Positions 51,866 to 61,949 are shown, counted from the first letter of the stretch. The stretch is 64,000 nucleotides of DNA from an uncultured candidate division Zixibacteria bacterium (GCA_963806185.1 CAWDXE010000004.1:96001-160000), one strand, 5' to 3'. The notes: a model not told the origin generated them from the sequence alone. Made by a program: numbers and translations.

Positions 51866-53886
51866 AAAGTCGTTCCGCTAGTTGGTTTGTCGGTTTCAGC
51901 TTGTGGTGTATTTCCATCCCGGTCGTCGCACAGGACCAACCCGGCAACCGCGTTCCCGCCACGACGCCTCCCGATACGACTGCCATTGCTGATACCTCTC
52001 GTCCCGCCCTCGACACCACCCTGCAAAAATATCTCCCGCCCAGGGAACGCAACGAACCATCCACGAAGAAAGAAGTGGAGCGCAAACCCGCGTTGCCCCA
52101 CCTTTCGATTATCGATTCTGTACTCACCTCGTACATCAGCGATCGATTAAACGAACGCCGCTTCATCGATCAATCGTCCTATCACGATGCCGGCGACTAC
52201 GCACGCCACGATCCGGCCTTCTTTGCCCAGCAGTACTACGAAACCCCGGTCCGGTCGACCGTCGCACCATTTGGCCTAGCGGGCAATCGGCTCGATATTA
52301 TCCGCGACCATAGCCGCGTCGAACCGTTCGATCACGTCATCGAACCCGACGGCATGGTTGACATGAACGACCTCCCAACGGCCACCGATGATGCCGTCCT
52401 CCTGATCCCTGGCCCCGCCGGACAGCTTTTCGGCAGCGATCAGGCGATTGCCTCAATGATTACCCGAGCCGTCCGCCCCGATTCCTCCCCGGCGATCAGT
52501 GCTTTCCTGGTCGACAAAGGCGCTTACGGTTTCTCTCACGCCCGCGCTCGCTATGCCAAACGCTTCACCACCGGCAAGGACCTCGCGCTTTCGCTTGACT
52601 ACCGACTCGCCGACGGCGGCAGTGGCAACTTCGTCGATAACACCTACCACTACACCGTCGACTTCCTCTTCCCGATAGGCGAAAACTGCGGCGTCTCCGC
52701 CGACGGGTGGATCTACGACCGCGGCGGACGATATCCTCTTCGACCCGATACGAGATTTCTCTCGGTCGAACGCAACCGCATCGATCGCCACCTGAACCTC
52801 GGCTTCTTCCGCCAGAACACCGATCACAGCCGGCTCGATCAAATCACCTATCGTCACCTGCGTCAGGGCGTCTTCATAGGCAACGACAATGCAACCAACT
52901 ACAAATCCCGCTTCAATCTCACCGGCCACGGCTTCACCGCTCAGCGCGATCTCGTCCTGCCGACGGCGTTTGTGCACATCACCGCCTACGGCGATTACCT
53001 GCGCTACGACCACGGCACCGCCGAGTTCACTCGCGTCAGCGGCGGCGCCTCGCTCGATTTTGCGCAGCGGAAAGTCTCCGGTTGGCGCTACGGCGCTCAC
53101 GCCAAATTGGATTACACCGAGTCGTTTCGCCCCAATCTCGACGCCGCAGCCCTGCTGTTGTCCGATTCTCCGACCCGCCTCTATCAGCTATCCGTCGGCC
53201 TCGCTGAAAAGGTCCCGTCCCTTCACGAACTCTACAGCCCCCTGCGCGTCTCCAACTTCTACGGCAACCCTGCCGACTACACCGAACACGGCAACCCCGA
53301 CCTTAAGCTCGAACATCAGCTCGTTGCCTCCGCTCAGGCGGAGTTCGGCCCGCTTTCGCGTCGCATCGGTCTAACCCTCACCGGCGGTCGTCTCTTCGAC
53401 GCCATCGACTGGCTCCCGGATAAAACCACCGATGCCGGCATCGACCGCTATAACTTCTCACCAATCAACCATGATCTTTCCTTCGCCGATGCCACTCTCC
53501 GTGGCGAATGGCAGTGGCGCACCACCCTTCAGCTTCACGGCGGCGCCAGTGGCCGCTATCAACATTACTCCGACCGTTCCGACTGGCCCTACACTCCCAA
53601 CTATCAGCTCTTCGGCGGCGGCGAACTGCACTACTACTGGGCGCAGAAACTCATGCACTTCTATGCCTACGGCGAGGTCGTCTATGTTGGCGCCTATTCC
53701 ACCTATTCGGGAGACGAACTGGCCGCCACGCCGGTCTTCAACAGCAAATTATCCTTCACCATGGGCAATTTCCGTTTCAATCTCACTTACCTGAATACTC
53801 TGGCCAACGCGTACGAATCACGCGAGGACCTTACTTCCATCGGCCGCCTCGTCACCTGGGGCTTCATCTGGAACTTCTTCGACTGA
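51862..53886 (+). CDS. outer-membrane beta-barrel, TonB-dependent receptor/putative porin-like
   Basis: Signal peptide, plug-like N-terminal region, PSLHELY and HGNPDLKLEH motifs, C-terminal WGFIWNFFD. Confidence 0.7.
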   Translation: MKSRSASWFVGFSLWCISIPVVAQDQPGNRVPATTPPDTTAIADTSRPALDTTLQKYLPPRERNEPSTKKEVERKPALPHLSIIDSVLTSYISDRLNERRFIDQSSYHDAGDYARHDPAFFAQQYYETPVRSTVAPFGLAGNRLDIIRDHSRVEPFDHVIEPDGMVDMNDLPTATDDAVLLIPGPAGQLFGSDQAIASMITRAVRPDSSPAISAFLVDKGAYGFSHARARYAKRFTTGKDLALSLDYRLADGGSGNFVDNTYHYTVDFLFPIGENCGVSADGWIYDRGGRYPLRPDTRFLSVERNRIDRHLNLGFFRQNTDHSRLDQITYRHLRQGVFIGNDNATNYKSRFNLTGHGFTAQRDLVLPTAFVHITAYGDYLRYDHGTAEFTRVSGGASLDFAQRKVSGWRYGAHAKLDYTESFRPNLDAAALLLSDSPTRLYQLSVGLAEKVPSLHELYSPLRVSNFYGNPADYTEHGNPDLKLEHQLVASAQAEFGPLSRRIGLTLTGGRLFDAIDWLPDKTTDAGIDRYNFSPINHDLSFADATLRGEWQWRTTLQLHGGASGRYQHYSDRSDWPYTPNYQLFGGGELHYYWAQKLMHFYAYGEVVYVGAYSTYSGDELAATPVFNSKLSFTMGNFRFNLTYLNTLANAYESREDLTSIGRLVTWGFIWNFFD

Positions 53887-53906
53887 CCACTACCCCTTCG
53901 CCCATC

Positions 53907-53935
53907 TTGACAGGCCTCACCAATGGCGGCATATT
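53907..53935 (+). promoter_or_regulatory. sigma70-like promoter, near-leaderless
   Basis: TTGACA, 17 nt, CATATT; ATG 8 nt later without Shine-Dalgarno. Confidence 0.55.
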
Positions 53936-53943
53936 CCGTCATC

Positions 53944-54501
53944 ATGCCACTCGAACTCACACGCGAAACCGCCTATCAACTCGTCGTCGACAAAATCGGC
54001 GTCAACAATTTGCTGAAACACATCCTGGCCGTCGAGGCCGGCATGCGCCGACTGGCCGAGCACTTTGGTGAGGACCCTGAATACTGGGGGCTGATTGGCC
54101 TCGTGCACGATCTCGATTACAACGAAACCAAGAACAACGCTCCTCGCCACACCTACGTTACCGAGGAATGGCTGACCGACTATCACCTGCCCGCCGACTT
54201 CCACTACGCCATTCACGCACATCCGGGTCACGTCCCTTGCCGCTCGCGCCTCGATTGGGCCTTGTATGCCGTTGATCCCTCCACCGGCTTTCTGGTCGCC
54301 TGCGCCCTCATGCACCCGTCGAAAAAACTCGCCCCCATCGACGCCGACTTCATGCTCCGCCGCTTCGCCGAAAAACGTTTTGCCGCCGGCGCCACTCGCG
54401 AAAACATCGCCGCCTGCAGCAACCTGGGTCTGGAACTCGATCAGTTCCTTTTACTCGTAAAAGAGGGGATGCTTCGCATCTCCGATAAACTGGGTATCTG
54501 A
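53944..54501 (+). CDS. HD/HDIG superfamily hydrolase (COG2316-like)
   Basis: LLKHILAVEA, GLVHDLDY, AIHAH, ALYAVD, KRFAAG. Confidence 0.88.
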   Translation: MPLELTRETAYQLVVDKIGVNNLLKHILAVEAGMRRLAEHFGEDPEYWGLIGLVHDLDYNETKNNAPRHTYVTEEWLTDYHLPADFHYAIHAHPGHVPCRSRLDWALYAVDPSTGFLVACALMHPSKKLAPIDADFMLRRFAEKRFAAGATRENIAACSNLGLELDQFLLLVKEGMLRISDKLGI

Positions 54502-54505
54502 GCCC

Positions 54506-55834
54506 GTGGCTAATTCCCGAAAGTCCGTCTTCCGCCGCGATGTCATCGCCTGGTCGATGTATGATTTCGCCAATACCATCTATTCGATGAACGTCGTCTC
54601 GCTCTATTTGAAACGACTGATCGTCGAAGATCAAAAGTACGATGACCGCTACTTTGACATCCCCTTCGCCGTCTCCATGCTGTTTGCCGCCCTCCTTATG
54701 CCCGGTCTCGGCGCCCTTTCTGATCACTCCGGCCGGAAGAAGGCGTATGTCACGATCTTCACGGTTGTCTGCTGCGCCGCCGTCGCGGCCATGGGCTTGG
54801 TGTCGCCCGGCCTGGTCGGCTTGACCATCATTCTGTTCATCACGGCCAATTTCTGTTATGAAGCGTCAATGCCTTTCTACAACTCCTTGCTCTATTCTGT
54901 CGCCGACGGCGCCGAGGCCCGCTTTGTCTCCGGTATCGGCGTTGCCCTCGGCTACGTCGGTTCTGTCGTCGGCATGATCCTCATCCTCCCGTTCGTCACC
55001 GGCTCGCTGTTCAGCCTCGATATCCCGTTTCTCGACGGAGGAGGGAAGCAGGCCGCTTTCCTGCCTACCGCCATCCTCTTCCTCCTGTTTTCCTTGCCGC
55101 TCTTTCTCGTTGTTCACGAGCTTTCGACTCGGAAACCTGGCTCGGCCTCATTGCGGACGGCGTATCGCGAGGTATGGGATTCGCTTCGTCAAACCCGAAA
55201 ATATCCCGGCGTCCTGCGCTTTCTGATCGCTGACTACTTTATTGAAGACGCCGTTGCTACCGTCATCCTGAACATTGGCCTTTATTCGTCGATCGTCTTT
55301 GGCATGGCCGACGCCGAAATCACCATCTTTCTCGTTATCTCCACGATCACTGCCGTGATCGGTTCGTTCATCATCGGGCGAATCGCCGAATTCTGGTCGC
55401 TCAAGAGCCTGATGACTATCATTGTCTTCGGCTGGGTCGCCGCGTTGGCGGTTTTTGTCCTCACTGATAATCGCACTGCCATCTGGATCCTTGGCTCCGT
55501 CGTCGGCATTCTCCTCGGCGGTCTCTGGACAACCACTCGTCCCTATCTGGCCGAACTGGTCCCGCGCGATGAACTGGGCCGCTTTTTCGGCCTTTTTGCC
55601 CTCTCCGGACGAGCCGCGGCCGTCGTCGGACCGCTTGTGTGGACGACAATCGTCTATTTATTTCGCCCGGAGCGTCCGCTTGGACGTATCTTATCCGAGT
55701 GGCTGGGACAATCGCCGGATGCCGCCGCCCGCCTGCCGTACAAGCTGGGCGTGGCTTCGCTCGCGCTTATGATGCTGGTTGGTTTGTTTATTTTGCGTAA
55801 GGTGCCGCACACTCACAAAGGACTGCATGGCTAA
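54506..55834 (+). CDS. MFS transporter, UMF1/Atg22-like
   Basis: AWSMYDFAN, PGLGALSD, FYNSLL, SGIGVALGYVG, FFGLFALSGR. Confidence 0.88.
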   Translation: MANSRKSVFRRDVIAWSMYDFANTIYSMNVVSLYLKRLIVEDQKYDDRYFDIPFAVSMLFAALLMPGLGALSDHSGRKKAYVTIFTVVCCAAVAAMGLVSPGLVGLTIILFITANFCYEASMPFYNSLLYSVADGAEARFVSGIGVALGYVGSVVGMILILPFVTGSLFSLDIPFLDGGGKQAAFLPTAILFLLFSLPLFLVVHELSTRKPGSASLRTAYREVWDSLRQTRKYPGVLRFLIADYFIEDAVATVILNIGLYSSIVFGMADAEITIFLVISTITAVIGSFIIGRIAEFWSLKSLMTIIVFGWVAALAVFVLTDNRTAIWILGSVVGILLGGLWTTTRPYLAELVPRDELGRFFGLFALSGRAAAVVGPLVWTTIVYLFRPERPLGRILSEWLGQSPDAAARLPYKLGVASLALMMLVGLFILRKVPHTHKGLHG

Positions 55835-56879
55835 ACAGGTCGGACAATGGTTCCACTATTCGGGCGCGGTGCACATGCACACCACCGAATCCGACGGCAC
55901 CAAAACACTCGAGGAAGTCATTCAGATCGGCCGCGAGGTCGGTCTCGACTTCATGATGTTCTCCGACCACATGACGCTGGCCCACCGCGAGCGCGGGGGA
56001 GAGGGTATCTACGGCGACACCCTGGCTGTCATCGGCTATGAACATAACGACGCCACCGACTGCCATCACTATCTCCTCTTTGAGTCACCCGTCGTCTATC
56101 CGAGGGATTTCACCCCCAAACAGTATGTCGCCGCCGGAGCCGCCGACAACGCCATCGGTATTATGGCTCATCCCGATGAAATCCGCGATCGCATGCCCAA
56201 CTATCCGCCCTACCCATGGCTTGACTGGGACGTCAAAGGGTTCACTGGCCTCGAATTATGGAACCAGATGTCTGAATGGATGGAGAAACTCACCCCCTAC
56301 AACAAACTGCTCATGAGCCTCTCGCCGCGCAAATCAATGATCGGTCCCACCGACCGCATCCTGAGGAAATGGGATGAACTGAATATGACCGGCCGCTGTG
56401 TTGGTATCGCCGGCGCCGATGCCCATGCCTTTCCCGTCTACCTCGGACCACTGAAAATTGAAATATTCCCCTATAAAGTGCACTTTAGAGCTTTGCGCAC
56501 GAATATCATTCTCAGTCAGCCGCTCTCCAAGGACCTCATACCCGCCAAACAACAGCTCTATTCCGCCCTCCGGGACTGCCGCGTCTACAACGCCAATATC
56601 CGCTGGGGTGAGGCCGACGATTTCCTGTTTACCGTCTCCAACGGTCAGGCGGCGGCCGTCTCCGGCGACGATATCAAACTGATCCCCGATCACACGAATC
56701 TGGCCGTCTCGCTCCCGGATACGGCCACGATCAAAGTCGTCCATGACGGTCGCTACGTTCATCAATCGGCCGGCAAAAAATTGGAGCTGGCCGTTGCGCT
56801 TCCCGGTATGTATCGTGTGGAAGCATGGAAAGGGAAACGCGGCTGGATATTCTCCAACCATATCCGCGTGAGCCAATGA
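55827..56879 (+). CDS. PHP-like metallohydrolase (CehA/McbA family)
   Basis: GAVHMHTTESDG, FSDH, GYE, MAHP, ELWN, GADAH, WIFSNHI. Confidence 0.8.
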   Translation: MAKQVGQWFHYSGAVHMHTTESDGTKTLEEVIQIGREVGLDFMMFSDHMTLAHRERGGEGIYGDTLAVIGYEHNDATDCHHYLLFESPVVYPRDFTPKQYVAAGAADNAIGIMAHPDEIRDRMPNYPPYPWLDWDVKGFTGLELWNQMSEWMEKLTPYNKLLMSLSPRKSMIGPTDRILRKWDELNMTGRCVGIAGADAHAFPVYLGPLKIEIFPYKVHFRALRTNIILSQPLSKDLIPAKQQLYSALRDCRVYNANIRWGEADDFLFTVSNGQAAAVSGDDIKLIPDHTNLAVSLPDTATIKVVHDGRYVHQSAGKKLELAVALPGMYRVEAWKGKRGWIFSNHIRVSQ

Positions 56880-56885
56880 TCAGGC

Positions 56886-57281
56886 ATGGAAACTGTCGTT
56901 TGCGATTACACCGCCCTTTTTGACTTTCAGGCCCCGTTACCCGCTGCCCCCGTGTCGTGCAAGTTCGTCCTCCTATGGTATGAACAGAAACATTGGCTGG
57001 TGGTGGGCAAGTACGACGACTTTGCCTATCACGCCATGCTCGTCCACCGCTTCAGCAAAGAGCACGATCTGGCCGTACATTGGATCAAATTCCTCGAATT
57101 GGCTCAGCTCGAAACCAAAAACGCCACCATCCTCGGCGGCGGTTGGATGAAAATCGATCTGGCCGCCAAATCTGTCCGACTCCATGGCACGTCTACCGCT
57201 TATGGCACTGCCGACTACGCCCTCGCTTCCGCGGCCCTTTCCGCCCATCCCGATTTTGGCCGACTTACCGTTTCGTTTTAA
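56886..57281 (+). CDS. Janus/Ocnus (PHPT1-like) phosphohistidine phosphatase homologue
   Basis: KFVLL, VVG...AYHA, LGGG, GTSTAYG.AD, HPDF parallel human PHPT1 KYVLI, IVRG...EYHA, LGGG, GYSMAYG.AQ, YPDY in order and spacing (comparison from memory). Confidence 0.7.
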   Translation: METVVCDYTALFDFQAPLPAAPVSCKFVLLWYEQKHWLVVGKYDDFAYHAMLVHRFSKEHDLAVHWIKFLELAQLETKNATILGGGWMKIDLAAKSVRLHGTSTAYGTADYALASAALSAHPDFGRLTVSF

Positions 57282-57291
57282 CACCGTCCGC

Positions 57292-57309
57292 TTGTGACAA
57301 GTGTAGCAA
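57292..57309. promoter_or_regulatory. weaker Rex-like site upstream of the nuo operon
   Basis: TTGTGACAAGTGTAGCAA; extra TTGTGAA half-site near 57385. Confidence 0.4.
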
Positions 57310-57451
57310 GGACTTGACGACTACGTTCCCACTCCGGGAACTCTGCCACCCGTCTAACCTGTTTGCTAATATGCCGGTAAATGTTTGTGAATTGGTAAGC
57401 TTTGACGGATGCCAACAGCCGCATAAACCCTTGAAACCGTCCAATTTGCTG

Positions 57452-57480
57452 TTGACACGACCCTGTGTGAATGGTAATGT
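57452..57480 (+). promoter_or_regulatory. sigma70-like promoter of the nuo operon
   Basis: TTGACA, 17 nt, TAATGT with extended TG. Confidence 0.55.
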
Positions 57481-57523
57481 AGACCATGTTTTTGGCCAGC
57501 CGGTTCATTTCGGGAAAATAGAC

Positions 57524-57881
57524 ATGTTCGAGACATTTTACCCTATTCTTTTCCTCGTCCTTGCTGCCACCGTCCTGGCCGTTACTTTTACGCTCATATC
57601 AGTTCTTATCGGCCGGCGCACCCGTCAGGGGAAGAAAGAACAACCCTACGAATGCGGTGTCGATCCGCAGGGTCACCACGCGCGACCCCGTACCGATAAA
57701 ATTCTTCATGGTCGCTATTTCCTTTATCCTGTTTGATATCGAAGTCATTTTCCTCCTCCCGTGGGCGGTCGTCGCCCGCGACCTCGGCATGTTCGGCTTC
57801 GTCAGCATCCTCATTTTCGCAACGGTCGTTATCGTCGGCTGGGTCTATGAACTCGGCCGTGGAGCCCTCAAGTGGGATTAG
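57524..57881 (+). CDS. nuoA: NADH-quinone oxidoreductase subunit A (indel near 57672)
   Basis: PYECG joined to [16 protein letters not shown] and GALKWD. Confidence 0.92.
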
Positions 57882-58375
57882 AAGAGAAAATTCCTGATTC
57901 AATCATACTGACCACCGTCGATAAGATGGTCAACTGGGCGCACAAACGCTCCATGTGGCCGCTCGGCTTCGGCCTCGCCTGCTGTGCGATCGAGATGATC
58001 TCGACCTTTTCACCACATTTCGATCTCGCGCGCTACGGCATGGAAGTCATGCGCCCTTCGCCTCGCCAGGCTGACCTGATGATCGTCGCCGGCCGCGTCT
58101 CCATGAAAATGGCCCCGGTGGTCAAGACCCTTTACGAGCAGATGCCCAATCCGAAATGGGTCATTGCCATGGGCGCCTGCGCTTCGTGTGGCGGAGTGTT
58201 CAACAACTATGCTGTTCTGCAGGGTGTGGATCGCATCATCCCGGTTGACATTTACGTCCCCGGCTGTCCGCCTCGTCCCGAACAGCTGATGGATGGCATC
58301 CTGAAACTTCAGGAAAAACTCGAGCGCGAATCCATCAAGGACAAGCGTGCCGAATGGGGTCAGCGGATCGCATAA
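57872..58375 (+). CDS. nuoB: NADH-quinone oxidoreductase subunit B
   Basis: [29 protein letters not shown]. Confidence 0.96.
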   Translation: MGLEEKIPDSIILTTVDKMVNWAHKRSMWPLGFGLACCAIEMISTFSPHFDLARYGMEVMRPSPRQADLMIVAGRVSMKMAPVVKTLYEQMPNPKWVIAMGACASCGGVFNNYAVLQGVDRIIPVDIYVPGCPPRPEQLMDGILKLQEKLERESIKDKRAEWGQRIA

Positions 58376-58427
58376 AGGACATCGCACATCCGATCCGCCG
58401 ACCAAATGTAAATGGAGTTTGTGAATT

Positions 58428-58961
58428 TTGGCGCAAGATAATCCGGTCTCGCAACGAGTACGAGAGTTTCTCCAGGCGCGCTTCCCCGACGCCCTCGTCA
58501 GCGAGGACAACTTCCGCAACCAGCAATCGTTCACCATCAAGGCCGAACGACTGGTTGATCTCTGCCGGGCGCTACAGGAAGACGCCGACCCAAAATTCAA
58601 CTATCTCAGCGATATCACCTGCGTCGACTGGCTCGGTCATGCCGAAGAGAAGAAGGGACGCTTCGAAGTCGTCTACAACCTCTATTCGCTGTCCCATGCC
58701 TGCCGACTGCTTCTCAAAGTGCGACTCCACGCCGACTATCCCCAGTTGGACAGCCTCACGCCTCTCTGGAACGGCGCCAATTGGCTGGAACGCGAAGTCT
58801 GGGATCTCTTCGGCGTCGTCTTCGTCGGCCATCCCGACCTGACCAAGATCGTCACGGCCGACGATCTCGAAGGCCATCCGTTGCGTAAGGACTTTCCCCT
58901 TACCTACGAAACGCCCGTCTTCTCCTGGAACAAGGATGATCCGCCGGAGGTGATCAGGTAG
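58428..58961 (+). CDS. nuoC: NADH-quinone oxidoreductase subunit C
   Basis: RFEVVYNL, ANWLEREVWDLFG, GHPLRKDFP. Confidence 0.95.
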   Translation: MAQDNPVSQRVREFLQARFPDALVSEDNFRNQQSFTIKAERLVDLCRALQEDADPKFNYLSDITCVDWLGHAEEKKGRFEVVYNLYSLSHACRLLLKVRLHADYPQLDSLTPLWNGANWLEREVWDLFGVVFVGHPDLTKIVTADDLEGHPLRKDFPLTYETPVFSWNKDDPPEVIR

Positions 58962-60134
58962 TGGCCGAAATCAAGACCATGCACATCAATATGGGCCCTC
59001 AGCACCCCTCCACTCACGGCGTGCTGCGTGTCGAGCTTGAACTTGAGGGCGAAACTGTCATCAAGGCCAAACCTGTCATCGGCTATCTGCATACCGGCAT
59101 CGAAAAGACGATGGAGTCCAAGCTGTACTACAAGGCGCTCCCCGCCACTGACCGAATGGACTACCTCGCGCCCATGTCGAACAATCTCGGCTACTGCCTT
59201 GCGGTCGAAAAACTACTTGATATCGATGTCCCGGAGAAAGTCAAATACGCCCGCGTCTGTCTTGCCGAGCTGACCCGTATCAATTCACATCTCGTCTGGC
59301 TCGGCACTCACGCTCTCGATATTGGTGCCATGTCGATGCTGTTATACACCTTCCGCGAACGCGAGTTGATCATCGACATCTACGAGGCCTGCGGCGGTCA
59401 GCGCATGATGACCTCCTACATCCGCATCGGCGGCCTTTCACATGAACTGCCGCCTGATTTCGACGAACGCGTGCGCAAAGTCCTTAAGGTCATTCCCCAG
59501 CGTCTGGAAGAGTACGAGACACTCCTTACCAAGAACCAGATATTCATCAGTCGCACCAAAGGCGTGGCCGTCATCTCCGCCGAGGATGCCATCAACTGGT
59601 CCCTCTCCGGTCCCATGGCCCGCGGCTCCGGTGTGAAGTACGACGTCCGCAAGGCGAATCCCTACTCCGGTTACGAGAAGTTTGATTTCAATATGGCCCT
59701 TGGCACCAACGGTGACGCCTACGATCGGTACCTCCTCCGCCTCGAGGAAATCCGTCAATCTCTGCGGATCATCCAGCAGTCGCTCGAAGGTATGCCGGAA
59801 GGTCCCTACCGCGCTCACGTGCCGGGTGTCGTTCTGCCGCCCAAGGAAGACGTCCTCCACAAGATGGAATCGCTGATCTTCCACTTTAAGATTGATCACC
59901 GAGGGCTTTCACGCCCCCACCGGCTCAGTCTATCAGGCGATCGAGTCGCCCAAGGGTGAGATTGGGTTCTTCATCACGGGCGACGGTTCCACGTATCCCC
60001 GCCGCGTCCGTGTCCGCCCGCCCTCTTTCATTAATCTCGCCGCTTTGCCCGCGCTGGTGGAGGGTCGGATGCTGGCCGACGTCATCGTGGCTATTGGTAC
60101 CATTGACATCGTTTTGGGAGAAGTTGACCGATGA
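58961..60134 (+). CDS. nuoD: NADH-quinone oxidoreductase subunit D (indel near 59892)
   Basis: NMGPQHPSTHGVLR, GYLHTGIEK, DRMDY; continues ESPKGE...DIVLGEVDR. Confidence 0.95.
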
Positions 60135-60607
60135 TTCTCACCGCTGAATCGGTGAAACAGATGAAAGATGCCGTGACCCGGTATCCGCAGAAAAAATCGG
60201 CGGTCCTCCCGGCGCTCACGATTGCCTATCGTCAGGTCGGACATCTGAACGACGACATATATAAGGAAATCTCGAACGCCATCGATGTCCCGTAGGTCGA
60301 GGTCGCCGAGGCAGCCACCTTCTACACCCTCTTCCCGAAACATCCGGTCGGCAAGTATCTCATCCAGGTCTGCCACAACATTTCGTGCGCCTTGCTCGGC
60401 GCCGATAGTCTGGTCGGGTATCTCGAACAGAAACTGCAGATCAAGAAAGGGGAGACCACCAAGGACAATCTGTTTACCTTGATTTCCGTCGAGTGCCTCG
60501 GCTCCTGCGCCACCGCGCCCATGATGCAGATCAATCAGGATTTTTACGAGAATCTGACCCGTGAAAAGGTCGACAAGATTTTGGAGGAATTGAGAGCTAA
60601 AGGCTGA
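60131..60607 (+). CDS. nuoE: NADH-quinone oxidoreductase subunit E (in-frame TAG at codon 55)
   Basis: RYPQKKSAVLPAL...IDVP*VEVAEAATFYTLF...VCHNISCAL...ECLGSCATAP, all in one frame. Confidence 0.92.
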
Positions 60608-61941
60608 TGTTTTATTCACCGGTCATAACCAACGCCGCCGAGGCGGCCCAAAACGAGAAGCTGCACCTCTTCAGGTACGTCGAGGATCCCAACCAGACGA
60701 AGCTCGAAACGTACGACTCCCACGGCGGCTATGCCGCCTGGAACAAGGTGCTGACGTCGATGAAAGCCGACGACGTCATCGCGACGGTGAAGAACTCCGG
60801 CCTCCGCGGCCGTGGCGGCGCCGGATTCCCGACCGGCATGAAGTGGAGCTTCGTGCCGAAGGCCTCGCCGAAAGCCCGCTATCTCGTTTGCAACGCCGAC
60901 GAATCCGAACCGGGCACCTGCAAGGACCGCGTCATCATGGAACGCGATCCGCACGCCATGATCGAGGGCATGGCCATCGCCGCCTTTGCGATCGGCAGTC
61001 ACCTGATGTTTGTCTATATCCGCGGCGAATTCAACCATAGCATCGACACCGTCATCGCCGCCATGCGCGAGGCCTACGCCAAGGGCCATCTCGGCAAGAA
61101 TATCTACGGCTCCGGCTACGACCTCGACATGGTCGTCCACACCGGCGGCGGCGCCTACATCTGCGGCGAGGAAACCGCTCTCCTCAATTCCCTGGAAGGG
61201 GAGAAGGGACTCTCGCGCATCCGTCCGCCTTTCCCGGCGATCGAAGGCCTCTACGCCTCGCCGACCATCGTCAACAATGTCGAAACCCTTTCGGCCGTGC
61301 CGCACATCATCAATCGCGGCGCCGAATGGTATCGCACGCTCGGCACTGAGAAATCCGCCGGCACCAAAATTTTCAGCCTCAGCGGCCATGTCAAACGCCC
61401 GGGCAACTACGAGGTCGAACTCGGCTTCAACCTGAAAAAGTTCATTTTCGACCCCGCCTACGGTGGCGGCATGCTCGGCGATAAAAAATTGAAAGGTGTC
61501 ATCCCCGGCGGTGCTTCCACTCCGTTCCTCACACCGGATATGATCGACGTCCCGCTCGACTACGAAGGACTCACCCAGAAAGGCTCCATGCTCGGCTCCG
61601 GGGCGGTCATCGTCTTCAACGAAGACACCTGCATCGTCTGGGTCATCTGGAAGCTGATTCATTTCTTCCGCCACGAATCCTGCGGCAAATGTACCCCCTG
61701 CCGTCAGGGGACAGCCTGGCTTGAACAGATTATTGAGCGCATCGAGCACGGTCAGGGACGTCCCGGCGATATCGAGAAGATCGAAGACGTGTGCGGCAAT
61801 ATCCTCGGACGAACCATCTGTCCGCTCGGCGATGCCGCCGTCATGCCCATTCAGAGCGCTATTAAACACTGGCGCGATGAATGGCAGCATCATATCGATA
61901 ATAAACAGTGCATGGTAAAGACTCACTTCGAGTTCAGATAA
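60607..61941 (+). CDS. nuoF: NADH-quinone oxidoreductase subunit F
   Basis: SGLRGRGGAGFPTGMKW, NADESEPGT, AYICGEETAL, ESCGKCTPCR. Confidence 0.96.
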   Translation: MFYSPVITNAAEAAQNEKLHLFRYVEDPNQTKLETYDSHGGYAAWNKVLTSMKADDVIATVKNSGLRGRGGAGFPTGMKWSFVPKASPKARYLVCNADESEPGTCKDRVIMERDPHAMIEGMAIAAFAIGSHLMFVYIRGEFNHSIDTVIAAMREAYAKGHLGKNIYGSGYDLDMVVHTGGGAYICGEETALLNSLEGEKGLSRIRPPFPAIEGLYASPTIVNNVETLSAVPHIINRGAEWYRTLGTEKSAGTKIFSLSGHVKRPGNYEVELGFNLKKFIFDPAYGGGMLGDKKLKGVIPGGASTPFLTPDMIDVPLDYEGLTQKGSMLGSGAVIVFNEDTCIVWVIWKLIHFFRHESCGKCTPCRQGTAWLEQIIERIEHGQGRPGDIEKIEDVCGNILGRTICPLGDAAVMPIQSAIKHWRDEWQHHIDNKQCMVKTHFEFR

Positions 61942-61949
61942 GGAATCGC

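Noticed and set aside
60131..60607. Genome-wide TAG reassignment
   Set aside because: TAG ends other genes at their expected C-termini (for example 12199, 14405, 44148)
60616..61926. 436-aa minus-strand ORF (and the similar one at 49236-50597)
   Set aside because: Antisense shadows of nuoF and the metalloprotease, with no recognisable motifs
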